A stretch of DNA of 64,000 bases from Pelagomonas calceolata (taxonomy: Eukaryota). Numbering within the stretch: position 1 is the stretch's first letter; each line of letters begins with the position of its first letter. A program made the translations under genes and the position numbers. This document shows positions 30,042 through 39,080 of this stretch, in pieces. The notes under the pieces are model-generated. The model made no database searches. It was given only the letters and a program-made list of their open reading frames with translations, and had not been told where the DNA came from. The stretch is from contig CAKKNE010000002.1 of assembly GCA_918797485.1 (NCBI GenBank), positions 4,092,001 through 4,156,000 on the forward strand. Reading direction: 5' to 3'.

Positions 30042-32297
30042 ATGGTGCTCGCGCTCATCAAGAAGCCCTTCGTCTGGGTGTGGGCACTCATAACAGCACC
30101 AATACGATGGCTGCGCGGCGGCAGGAGGAGGCACCGGCGCGGCCTCTTCAGCAAAGTGGGCGACCTGATGCCGACGTTTTCGTTTATGTCGTTCGTCCGA
30201 GGCGGTCAGGACGAATCAATACCGATGCAGTGCGAGCGCGACCAGCAACCAGGCGAGGAAGCGCCGCCCGCGCGAGTGGTGGAAGAGGAAGCGCCGCCTC
30301 CCCCAAAGAAGAAGCGCGTCGCGTGGTCGAAGAAGGCGGCCACGACCAAATTACAAGCTAGATGGCGCGGCAGGAAAGCGAGGCAGAACTCGAAGCGGCG
30401 GGCGCCGCCCCGACGGCAGCAGTCCTTCTCCGAGGGTACCCTTGGCATACATAGGGACGTGCATCCCCTTACCAGGGAAGACATCTTGGCTCGGAGAGCT
30501 ATCGCGCACTGTCGCCTAAGGCAGAAGGTCGGGCGCTTCGTTACGGTAGCGTGGCCCGTGCTCAACTTCGTGAAAAGCTGTATCAGGTGCTACGTCGGCA
30601 CTTGCTTACGAGTGTTACTCTTCATTTTTGTCCAATTGCCGATGCTGGGACGAACGAGGAGGGACTTCAAGTGGCCTCTGCTCACAGCAGCCTGCAACGC
30701 CTTCCTGACGCTGTTCTGGCCGCGACTGCGAATCATCGTCTCGAACGTCTTGCGGGATCGCGTCCGAGAGATCGTCAACGATGTATTAGATGGCATGCCC
30801 AATCCACCAATCAAGTCACTGGTCTCGCTAGAATGCAACCTCGGCCGACGAGCGATCACGATCGAAGAGGCGTGGCTCTCGACGTCCTACCACTCCTACG
30901 ATTTCCTAGACTTACACCTAGTTTGCTCCTTCGAAGGCGACACGCTGGAGTTAGTTTCCGATTTATGTGTCGATTCCAGGAATAAACTCCTCCCGCAGCT
31001 CACGGCGGTCGTCCGAGGTTTATCCTTTCAATCCGAGCGCCTCAAGGTCAAGTTCGGACCCTTGTCGACGTCATTGCCCTGCTTCGGCGCCCTGCAAGTC
31101 GCCTTCGCCGAGGCTCCGAAGGTAGACCTCCGGGCCAATGTCACTGCCTTAGATGCGATCTCCCTGACCGGTTTTAGTTCGTTCAACGTCATCAATAGTT
31201 TTGTGGAGAAACTCGTGCAGAATCTACTGCGGAACCACTTCTGCTGGCCTAGAGCAGTTATTGTACCAACAAAAGGCTGGGCCCACAATATTGGGGCCGT
31301 GCCGCGATGCGACGAGGAGTGGTGGGGTGATGGGATAAGGTTGGAGAAGCAGCGGGAGCTCGTGAAGGGGGCTTTATCTTTATCTGTATTTGACTGTGCG
31401 ACGGCGGGGCCCATGTCCATTAACGGCTCGACGTTCTATGTGCGAGCGAGCGTTGGTTCTAGGATAAAAGAAGCTCCCCTCGTCTTGAACGACCGCTCTG
31501 AAAACGCACAGTGCACCTTCGACTTCCACATCAAGCCCGATGTGGATGACATCAAACTAGAAGTGTATGAGCGAAGTAAGAAAAAAGACCTAGGCGTAAG
31601 TACGACGAAGGACATGTTACTCGGCCAGGCCGTGCTCGATCACGTGCAATCCATCGATAGCTTGCCGCCCCACGTCAAGGTGCGACGCGTCTTAAAACTG
31701 GAAAAGCAGCAGACCCAGCTCCAGAGCGGCCTGGAGTACGTTGAGAAGAAGATGGGCAAGGTGTACCGCAAGGTCGTCAAGGCCGAGGAGGAGGTCATCC
31801 ACGAAGGCAAGGTCTGTTGCGGGTGTGCGAAGGACCAACGGACCCACAAGACCTCGAAAGTGGCCAAGAAGGCTAGAAAGAAAGCTGTAGGCGACGAGCG
31901 GAAGCTGCCCGAGAAGAGTTCGTTCACCCGCAAGCACTCATTTGATTCTCCTAGGGCTTCGTCGGGCCTCGGTTTCAGAGCGACGCAACTGAAAGTCGGC
32001 CTGGAGTGGGCGCCGGCCTTGACTCTACGTCGCCATTTCCACCACCGCCTCATGCTCGGTCTGGTGGCGGTGTTGGTCGTCGCGATGGGGCGGTGGGTGT
32101 ACGCGGAGATCCATAGTCGGACGTGGTTGGCGGACTTCTGCGGCCTCGCGGTCGATGTCGTCGCGTCGGGCGCGCTCGCGGCGCCGTTCCTCGTGACGGC
32201 CGGGATGAGGCTGCTGCACCGGGCGCACGACTATGCCGCCGGCGACATCTACGCCGACGCATCGGCGGGGAAAGTGATAGCCGCGGAGGACTGGTAG
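30042..32297 (+). CDS. Extended-synaptotagmin/tricalbin-like protein (IQ motif, TM, SMP domain, C2 domain, C-terminal TMs)
   Basis: LQARWRGRKAR; SMP-like CNAFLTLFWP...NLGRRAITI...PLSTSLPCFGALQVAFAEAPKVD...FCWPRAVIVP; C2-like LSLSVFD...YVRASVG...KLEVYE...DMLLGQA. Confidence 0.75.
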   Translation: MVLALIKKPFVWVWALITAPIRWLRGGRRRHRRGLFSKVGDLMPTFSFMSFVRGGQDESIPMQCERDQQPGEEAPPARVVEEEAPPPPKKKRVAWSKKAATTKLQARWRGRKARQNSKRRAPPRRQQSFSEGTLGIHRDVHPLTREDILARRAIAHCRLRQKVGRFVTVAWPVLNFVKSCIRCYVGTCLRVLLFIFVQLPMLGRTRRDFKWPLLTAACNAFLTLFWPRLRIIVSNVLRDRVREIVNDVLDGMPNPPIKSLVSLECNLGRRAITIEEAWLSTSYHSYDFLDLHLVCSFEGDTLELVSDLCVDSRNKLLPQLTAVVRGLSFQSERLKVKFGPLSTSLPCFGALQVAFAEAPKVDLRANVTALDAISLTGFSSFNVINSFVEKLVQNLLRNHFCWPRAVIVPTKGWAHNIGAVPRCDEEWWGDGIRLEKQRELVKGALSLSVFDCATAGPMSINGSTFYVRASVGSRIKEAPLVLNDRSENAQCTFDFHIKPDVDDIKLEVYERSKKKDLGVSTTKDMLLGQAVLDHVQSIDSLPPHVKVRRVLKLEKQQTQLQSGLEYVEKKMGKVYRKVVKAEEEVIHEGKVCCGCAKDQRTHKTSKVAKKARKKAVGDERKLPEKSSFTRKHSFDSPRASSGLGFRATQLKVGLEWAPALTLRRHFHHRLMLGLVAVLVVAMGRWVYAEIHSRTWLADFCGLAVDVVASGALAAPFLVTAGMRLLHRAHDYAAGDIYADASAGKVIAAEDW

Positions 32298-32366
32298 CTC
32301 GGCGCTTAAGTTTATTTGTGTAGTACACACGCCGTCGACGACGCGAGAAGATTTTCAATGCACTAC

Positions 32367-34337
32367 TTACGACACGCAGCACCCGTCCGCGTTCGGCGTC
32401 GGCGATTCGCCATCCAGACATGCAGCCAACACGCGCGCCCGAAACGCCCCCTGGGCCTGCGTCGCCGCGTCCTTGTTGATGTCCTCGTAGGACCCTATTC
32501 TTTTGGCGCCTTTATTCCGCGACACGAACAGAGCTTGCTCGGTCGCCGCCAACATCCGAGCCGCGAAGGTCCTCAATCTAGACACGGCCGGCGCCGGCGC
32601 ACCTAGTAAATCCTCGTCGTTTTCGGAAGGCAAACAGTCCACCTCGGCCACGAAGCCTCTCAGAACTAAGACTAATTCCTCGACCTCGAGGTTCGCGTAA
32701 GCAGAGGGCGCCGTCCAGTTCCGCGCTTTCTTTACTGTTTGTTCAAATAACCCTTCTGGTGCCGGCGGCAATTGCTTCGCATACAAGGCGTGTAGTTCCG
32801 CCAGTCTACGGGAGCATTCTCTCAAATGATCTGTTGTGACCGCGTCGGATCGACCTTGCTGGTTCATGTGCGAGAGGACCGGGGTCGTCCGTTCCAACGC
32901 GTAGACGTCTCCGGAAGGACCGGGAGCGTCGGCACAGGCCGCGTCTATTAATTCTAGCTCAGACTCGCTCAGTTCGAGCCTTTCTGCCCGGCCGGCGTCT
33001 TTCACATGTTCCGCGGCCCTCGCTCCTAGCACGACGGCTTTCACGCCCGTTTGTGCTAACGCCCAGGCCACAGCCACCATGGACAAGGTGACGCCGTCCC
33101 TGTGACAAGCGACGTCATGCAGCGCCTGCAGCACTTTCTGGAATCGAGACCAGCCCCCAAATTCTTCCACCAGTACAAGATTCGACCGGACGTTCGGGTG
33201 GGCGTCGGGCGACGGCTTTGCGGCGCCCAGCCACTTTTTTGACAGTAAACCGCCCATGAGCGCGCCGTGGGCTAGTAATCTCACATCGTGTGCGACACAC
33301 AACTCGGCGAGACCGCTCGTCAGCGCGCGGCGGTCTACCACGGACAGGTTGACCTGGACGCTGTGTATTCGAGGCGTTCCTGTTGATGGGGCTTCCAGTA
33401 AATGTTGTAAGCTTTGAGCATCCACGTTCGTTAATCCCACATCTCGCACGACGCCTCGCACGCGCAGCGCTTCCAGCGTCTTCAGCGCCGCGTCAAAACC
33501 TTGTTCCGACCAGTCGCCCCAGTGCAGGTAGACGAGATCAATCACCGCGGCACCTAGTCGGTTAGCTGACCGCCACACAGAAGCCTCGACGCATCTCGCT
33601 ACTGCTCGTTCGCCCCGTCTACGAGCTAGCGGATCGGGACTGACGCATCTTCTCGTGATGTGGCGGTCGGGCACGACTTTCGTATGCAATCGCACGGCGT
33701 CCGCTAATGCCCTATGTTGGCCGCGCGCCGTCGCCAGGAACCTTCCAACAAGCTCCTCGACGCCGGCGTAGATGTCGCCGCAGTCGAAGGCGCGCGACCC
33801 GACGACGGCGTGCGCCGCGCAGGCCCTTCTCGCAAGATCATCAGCCTTGTCGGGATCCTCCTTATTCAGCCGCCACGTGCACGAGCCGGCGACGATGCGC
33901 GCCTCCTGGTCGTCGTCGCGGGGCCGCGGCTGCGCGCCCTCGAGCTTCGTGGGCGGTGGCCTTCGATGCTGGGCCTTCAGCCGTTTGAGGAACGCGCGGC
34001 CTGCGGCCTCGCCGGGCTCGTCGCCGCCGATCGCGTCCAAGGTGCGCTTCAAAGCGAGGGGCGAGGCCTGCGGCGCCCGGTTCTCCGGGCTTTCAAACGT
34101 GACGCGCACGTCTCCCTCTGTTTTGGCCTGCAGCGCCTCTACCAGATCGCTCTTGGACGCGACGGCCGCGCCGTCGACTTCTACAACAGTCCAGTGCACG
34201 ACGCCGTAGCGCGCCGCCTTGATCGCGCGGCTGTCCGGGTCATTTACCCTTCTTACTTTCAGGGCCTCATCCACAGAAATGCCCAGCGAGGCGCCCGCCG
34301 GGAACTGGATGTCCTGGCGCAGGCGCGCTTCGGCCAT
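32367..34337 (-). CDS. Aldo/keto reductase with N-terminal PDZ-like segment
   Basis: FDCGDIY (D,Y), LHTKVVPD (K), IDLVYLHW (H), VGLTN, QVNLSVVDRR, GALMGGLL; N-terminal SLGISV...VRRV...VVEVDG is PDZ-like. Confidence 0.85.
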   Translation of the reverse strand: MAEARLRQDIQFPAGASLGISVDEALKVRRVNDPDSRAIKAARYGVVHWTVVEVDGAAVASKSDLVEALQAKTEGDVRVTFESPENRAPQASPLALKRTLDAIGGDEPGEAAGRAFLKRLKAQHRRPPPTKLEGAQPRPRDDDQEARIVAGSCTWRLNKEDPDKADDLARRACAAHAVVGSRAFDCGDIYAGVEELVGRFLATARGQHRALADAVRLHTKVVPDRHITRRCVSPDPLARRRGERAVARCVEASVWRSANRLGAAVIDLVYLHWGDWSEQGFDAALKTLEALRVRGVVRDVGLTNVDAQSLQHLLEAPSTGTPRIHSVQVNLSVVDRRALTSGLAELCVAHDVRLLAHGALMGGLLSKKWLGAAKPSPDAHPNVRSNLVLVEEFGGWSRFQKVLQALHDVACHRDGVTLSMVAVAWALAQTGVKAVVLGARAAEHVKDAGRAERLELSESELELIDAACADAPGPSGDVYALERTTPVLSHMNQQGRSDAVTTDHLRECSRRLAELHALYAKQLPPAPEGLFEQTVKKARNWTAPSAYANLEVEELVLVLRGFVAEVDCLPSENDEDLLGAPAPAVSRLRTFAARMLAATEQALFVSRNKGAKRIGSYEDINKDAATQAQGAFRARVLAACLDGESPTPNADGCCVS

Positions 34338-34743
34338 CCTCTAGGTTGTTTTATCTTTTGCGCTGCTGCTCTACGTACACGGCTGCGGTATAACCCTGCC
34401 GCTGGCAGCGTCTTCGGCTTGCAACCTTGTCGCGCAGCCTATCTTTTCAGTTGGCTTGTCTTTGGCTTCTAGCTTTTTGTGACGCGCGCTGTTATGATCG
34501 TGGCTTGCGCAGCTGCGGGACACGCTTGTGGCGGGTACTGTGTGCAGCGTCACGGCTCTATCGGTGCGCACGAGCCGATATGCAAGCCAAATTACAAGCT
34601 TTGTTTTTGCCTACGCACATCCTCGTGCCATGTTGCAGGAGGCCGAATCTCCGGGATAGAGGTCTCCGGAAGGTCTCTAGGACCCAATCGGGGGCCGATG
34701 GGCGGGACTTGTTTGTTTTTGTTGTTGTTGATGGCAGCAGATC

Positions 34744-34779
34744 ACCCTAACTACAGCGATCTGTCGCTGTAGTTAGGGT
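34744..34779. other. Perfect 16-bp inverted repeat with a 4-nt loop
   Basis: ACCCTAACTACAGCGA-TCTG-TCGCTGTAGTTAGGGT. Confidence 0.9.
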
Positions 34780-34984
34780 AGACTGCAACGCACTGCCGCG
34801 ACGCACGCTTCGACGGCCGGGGCCTTCGTGGCGCAGCACGAGGTCGCCGCGTTCTACGCGAGACGGCGGCCACGCCGGCGAGTCGACCACCATATAAAGC
34901 TAAACACCATACGACGCACACACACTAACGGAACTCCCAAACCCCGCCTTACTACGCGTCTACCGAGAGCGCGCGGCGAGAGGC

Positions 34985-35560
34985 TCACGACGACCCCGGG
35001 ATCCGCAATTGATCAAAATACCGATCCAGGACCTTCGGGTGCGCGAAGTCGTCCATCTCGTGGATGATACACTCCCCTATAGACTTGGAAGACACGATTT
35101 TCGCACCGTTGACCGTCACTCCCCCATCCTCTTTACCTCCGATGCCCATGAACCCACCCACCACCGACCGCCCGACGTCGATCCGCCCGCCCGCCGTCAC
35201 GACGCCCGACGACTCGTACAGGTCGTCCTTGGACACGGGGTCGCTGATCACGTGGTACGCGCCGATCTGTTCGACGACCTCGCCGTTCCGCGGGTCCTTC
35301 AGTTGCGAGCGCCGCTTGTCTTCTAGCTTGTTGAAGGCGGCCTCGTTCGGGGCCAGCACCGTATATCCAGAACCGTCCCGCAGGCCCCGCCACAGCTCCT
35401 CGTTCTGGAACACTAGAGCGGCGAACGACGGGAACTCGTCGTTGAGGCAGGCCTCGACCTCCGCCGTGTTGTACAGGCGCGTGGCTGGCCTCTGGGGTCG
35501 CTGCGTCAGGCGTGGGGGCTGCAGGGCGCTCGTGAACGCGGCAAGGAGCAGAGCGCGCAT
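34985..35560 (-). CDS. Fasciclin (FAS1) domain protein with targeting peptide
   Basis: YTVLAPNEAAF, AYHVI, VTVNGAKIV, IIHEMD; start placed at MRALLL. Confidence 0.88.
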   Translation of the reverse strand: MRALLLAAFTSALQPPRLTQRPQRPATRLYNTAEVEACLNDEFPSFAALVFQNEELWRGLRDGSGYTVLAPNEAAFNKLEDKRRSQLKDPRNGEVVEQIGAYHVISDPVSKDDLYESSGVVTAGGRIDVGRSVVGGFMGIGGKEDGGVTVNGAKIVSSKSIGECIIHEMDDFAHPKVLDRYFDQLRIPGSS

Positions 35561-35883
35561 GGTGCTGGCTCTGTGGAGCACGGCTGCGCCTTGTGTTGTA
35601 CAGGAGAGTTGTCGGCTGTGTCCAATGGACTTCTATCCCGCTGCCGTAGCCCAGATCGACCGCTGGCGGTAGCCTAGGACTCAGAGCTTTGGCCGATCAT
35701 AGCTAGAGCTCCATGACCTAGCTAATGGCCAATTGCAAGTGAGGCTAGCGCATAAATGACGCTACGCGCATGACACGGGCGTCTTGGCAGCTCTATACAC
35801 TCCAGTACTGTCCCAAAGTGCTTAACTCTGGCGGCGTCCATCGCTAAGGGCTGAGCGCACTGGCTGCAGCTCCGCATGCATAG

Positions 35884-37263
35884 ATGAGTGAAAACTACGT
35901 GGTCTGCCACAACTGCGACGGCGAGGGCGACGTCGCGCCGACCGAGCTCAGCGCGCGGCAGAAAAAGCGCCTCGCCCACACGGGCAAGGCGCCGCAGCGG
36001 CAGCCCTGCGTGACCTGCGCAGGCCGCGGCGTCGTACCTGGTAACAGCAGCCCGGGAGGACCACCCCAAGTCGCCATAGTAGGCGGCGGCCTCGCCGGCT
36101 GCGCCGCGGCGTTGGCCCTCAAGCAGCGCGGCGTCGCCTGTGCTATCTACGAGGGCGACAGCTCCCAAAACGAGCGGCCCCAGGGCTACGCGCTGACGCT
36201 GCAGCAGGGCTCGCGCGCGCTGCGGTCGTTGGGCGTCGTTGTGCGCGGCACGACGCCGACCGGGCACGCGTCCTTCGATTCGACGGGACGCACGCTCGGC
36301 GCCTACGCGCCCACGCAAACTGGCCAGGGCCGATCACAAATGCGCAGCGCGAACGTCGTCTGCCCCCGGCGGAGGGTCCGCGACGCCGTCGCGGCCGGCC
36401 TCGACGTGACTTATGGGAGGCGCTGCGTGTCGGTTGCTGACTGCGTCATCACCTTCGAGGACGGGACGACGGAGGGGCCCTTCGATGTGATAATAGGCGC
36501 CGACGGCGTGCGGAGCCGCGTCGCGCGCAACAAGCCCACGTACCTGGGCTACGTCGTGGCTCTAGGCATCGCACCGGCGGAGGCCGTGCCTACGCATTTA
36601 CGAAGAGCGACGTGGCAGTGCCTCGACGGCGTCGCGAACCGCATGTACTCCATGCCCTTCGACGGCTGTACGGACGCGAGCACGGACGCCGCCGACGATA
36701 TCAGGGAGACGTCCGACGGAGATCGGGTCATGTGGCAGTTCTCCTGGCGCGAGGCCGACGAAGGCGCCGCGCGGTTACTCGCGAAGGCCGGCGGCGTTAC
36801 CATTCGCGAGACCGTACAAGAGCGCTGCCGCGACTGGGCCTCATATGTGCCTCATTTAGTATCGGAAACGGCGCCCGAGGATATTGTCGCGTACGCGCTC
36901 GTCGACATCGATCAGGTGAGGTGCGTCGTCGACGACCGCACCGTGTTGATAGGCGACGCGGCCCACGCGATGTCGCCGTTCAAGGGCCAGGGCGCGAACC
37001 AGGCGTTGGTGGATGGCGTCGAGCTCGCGCGGCGTTTGTATAGGGTGCAGTCGTTGCGGCCTGTATCATCACCACCGCCGCGCGGAGCCTTATCTGTCGA
37101 AGAGGCTCTGTTGGACTTCGAACGGGAATGTATCATGAGAGTGACTCCGAAACTGAACATGTCGCGGGCCAACGCGCAGCTGACGCATTCCATATCGGCG
37201 CTGGCCGTGGCCGACGTGCCGCGGGCGGAGGCCGCGCGAGCCGCTCTCTCCGGGGCGTTGTGA
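35884..37263 (+). CDS. FAD-dependent monooxygenase with an N-terminal CxxCxGxG zinc finger
   Basis: CHNCDGEG...CVTCAGRG; VAIVGGGLAG; IIGADGVRSRV; LIGDAAHAMSPFKGQGANQALVD. Confidence 0.9.
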   Translation: MSENYVVCHNCDGEGDVAPTELSARQKKRLAHTGKAPQRQPCVTCAGRGVVPGNSSPGGPPQVAIVGGGLAGCAAALALKQRGVACAIYEGDSSQNERPQGYALTLQQGSRALRSLGVVVRGTTPTGHASFDSTGRTLGAYAPTQTGQGRSQMRSANVVCPRRRVRDAVAAGLDVTYGRRCVSVADCVITFEDGTTEGPFDVIIGADGVRSRVARNKPTYLGYVVALGIAPAEAVPTHLRRATWQCLDGVANRMYSMPFDGCTDASTDAADDIRETSDGDRVMWQFSWREADEGAARLLAKAGGVTIRETVQERCRDWASYVPHLVSETAPEDIVAYALVDIDQVRCVVDDRTVLIGDAAHAMSPFKGQGANQALVDGVELARRLYRVQSLRPVSSPPPRGALSVEEALLDFERECIMRVTPKLNMSRANAQLTHSISALAVADVPRAEAARAALSGAL

Positions 37264-37327
37264 TTTTAACCTGTGGAAGTTGTGTGTAATTCTGCCCACC
37301 GCACCGTCCGCGAGCAATCGAATTTTG

Positions 37328-37350
37328 CTAGTGTGTTTACAAACCGCTAG
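37328..37350 (+). promoter_or_regulatory. Recurrent upstream motif
   Basis: CTAGTGTGTTTACAAACCGCTAG about 160-180 bp before ATG 37507. Confidence 0.6.
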
Positions 37351-37506
37351 CATGCAGCTTAGCCTTTTTTGCGATTTGGGCTCGCAGCGGTGCTCATAAC
37401 GTGTGGTTTCATCGTCCACGGTGGTCGTCGGATAAACGCAAACAACTGCCGAACGAGCAGCCATACGCATTTCAGCAGCACAAAGGAGGCCGCACAGCTC
37501 GCAACC

Positions 37507-38199
37507 ATGGGCCGCTCCGGCGGCGGCAACACGAAGGTGATGGCGGCCAACGCCAAGAAGGCGGAAGCCCAAGCCGCCAAAGACGCACAGAAAGCAAAAG
37601 AGCAAGAAAAAAAGGACGCCGCGGCCTGGGCCGTCGGTTCCAACCAGCGCGGCGCGTCGAAGGCCCAAGCGGCGGCCGACAAGCAGGCCGAGAAGATGCG
37701 GCGCGACGCCGAGAAGAAGGCATTGGAGGCGGAGGAGGATGCTGCCGCATCAAAAGTTATGAAGCCGAAGAAGAAGAAAAAAGATAAAGACGACGTAAGT
37801 GCGTTACTCATGGCCGGCTTGGACGGCGGCAAGAAGATGAAAAAAGTCCCTGTCACGAAGTCTGCCGAGAAGGAGAAGTTGAGTGCGTTGCGGCTGGCCC
37901 AGGAGGAGGCGATGCGGAAAAAAGGCGTGGTGCTGCAGAATGACGATTTACTGAGGGCGAACAAAAATCGGCAGATGGAAGAAGAAGGTAGCGCGACGGG
38001 TTTGGACAACGCCCTGAATATGTTGGGCATGGAAGAGAAGGAGAAGTCGAAGAATTTGAAGGTGCTCTTCAACGAGTTCTCCGAGCGGGAAACACCCAAA
38101 GTGCGCGCGGACAACCCGGGCCTGAAGCTGTCGCAAGTGAAGGAGCGCGTCTTCCGGGCCTGGGAGAAGTCGCCGGACAACCCCAAGAATCAAGTGTAA
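37507..38199 (+). CDS. CCDC124: CCDC124/Lso2/Oxs1 family coiled-coil protein
   Basis: GNTKVMAANAKKAE, DAAAWAVG, ATGLDNAL, FNEFSERETPKVRADNPGLKLSQVKERVFRAWEKSPDNPKNQ. Confidence 0.9.
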   Translation: MGRSGGGNTKVMAANAKKAEAQAAKDAQKAKEQEKKDAAAWAVGSNQRGASKAQAAADKQAEKMRRDAEKKALEAEEDAAASKVMKPKKKKKDKDDVSALLMAGLDGGKKMKKVPVTKSAEKEKLSALRLAQEEAMRKKGVVLQNDDLLRANKNRQMEEEGSATGLDNALNMLGMEEKEKSKNLKVLFNEFSERETPKVRADNPGLKLSQVKERVFRAWEKSPDNPKNQV

Positions 38200-38561
38200 G
38201 CTGTAGTATTTTTCTCGCGGTCGCGGTGACTTCTGTGACGGTGCTAGTCGCGGCGTCGGGTTCTGGTACGGTGCAGGGACTAGTGGGCGGAGGCCCTGGG
38301 GGGAGGCACCTGGTAGGCGCGTCGAGCTGCGTGCGGGTACGTCGGCGCTCTCCGACACAGCACAACAACACAGCAACAATTGTGCGGCTAATTGAGGGGC
38401 GAAGGACGTTCGATACGCTTGCAGACACGCGCAAGGAGCCAGCCAGCCAAGCAGCAGCACTGCTAACCGCACAGCATTAGGGCGGGCAGCATCTGGGGCA
38501 GCACAAAAACCAGGCTTGAGCATACACAGACAGGCTCGGCGGTAAAAAGGGCAGCCACCCC

Positions 38562-39080
38562 ATGGCGACAAAAGCAGCAAGACGCAGCCGCAAGCCGCGC
38601 CAGGCCCCGAAGAGCGAGGTCCATCTGTCGGTGCAGACGCCCTGGCCCGACGAGGCGCCGCGCTTGCGGAAGCAGCACGCGTCTTTGACAAGACCGCCGG
38701 GCTACGTTCCGTTGGTGCAGGGTTGTATTGAGTGCGAGCCGCGGCGAAGGAGCGACGTCGACGACGCGCGGCGGCGTTATGAGCGAGATGGGGACCGGGA
38801 CCAGTTCGCAGATGCCATTTACGAATGTACTGTGGAGACGTCTACCGTGAATGGGGGCGGCTGGTTCGACGATGGATTGGATCGAAGGGAAGTGGAAGCG
38901 CCTCCTCCATCAGAACGGTGGGTCGGGCCGCTGAGCTGTTTAGATGGGCGCGAGGCCGTCGACGACGCTACTGGACGGGGCGGCGTCCAGGTCTTCGGGG
39001 GGCTGGACGACAACGAGACGCCGGGGTCGCGGCCGAGCTCCCCGGGCTTCTTCTCGACGTTTGTGAGTAAAGGTACATGA
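38562..39080 (+). CDS. Hypothetical protein
   Basis: 172 aa ATG ORF; its 3' end overlaps the opposite-strand TilS ORF. Confidence 0.5.
   Translation: MATKAARRSRKPRQAPKSEVHLSVQTPWPDEAPRLRKQHASLTRPPGYVPLVQGCIECEPRRRSDVDDARRRYERDGDRDQFADAIYECTVETSTVNGGGWFDDGLDRREVEAPPPSERWVGPLSCLDGREAVDDATGRGGVQVFGGLDDNETPGSRPSSPGFFSTFVSKGT

Noticed and set aside
29408..30154. ORFs of 155-248 aa across the MoaA/SMP spacer
   Set aside because: They run through the repeat mosaic, use non-ATG starts and lack coding-like composition.
34660..34700. RNase P/MRP CR-I-like GGAAGGTCT (and GGGAGATCTG near 53550)
   Set aside because: No matching CR-V/P4 partner found downstream.
34744..34751. Telomerase RNA template (ACCCTAAC)
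   Set aside because: Locked in a perfect stem, with no other supporting elements.
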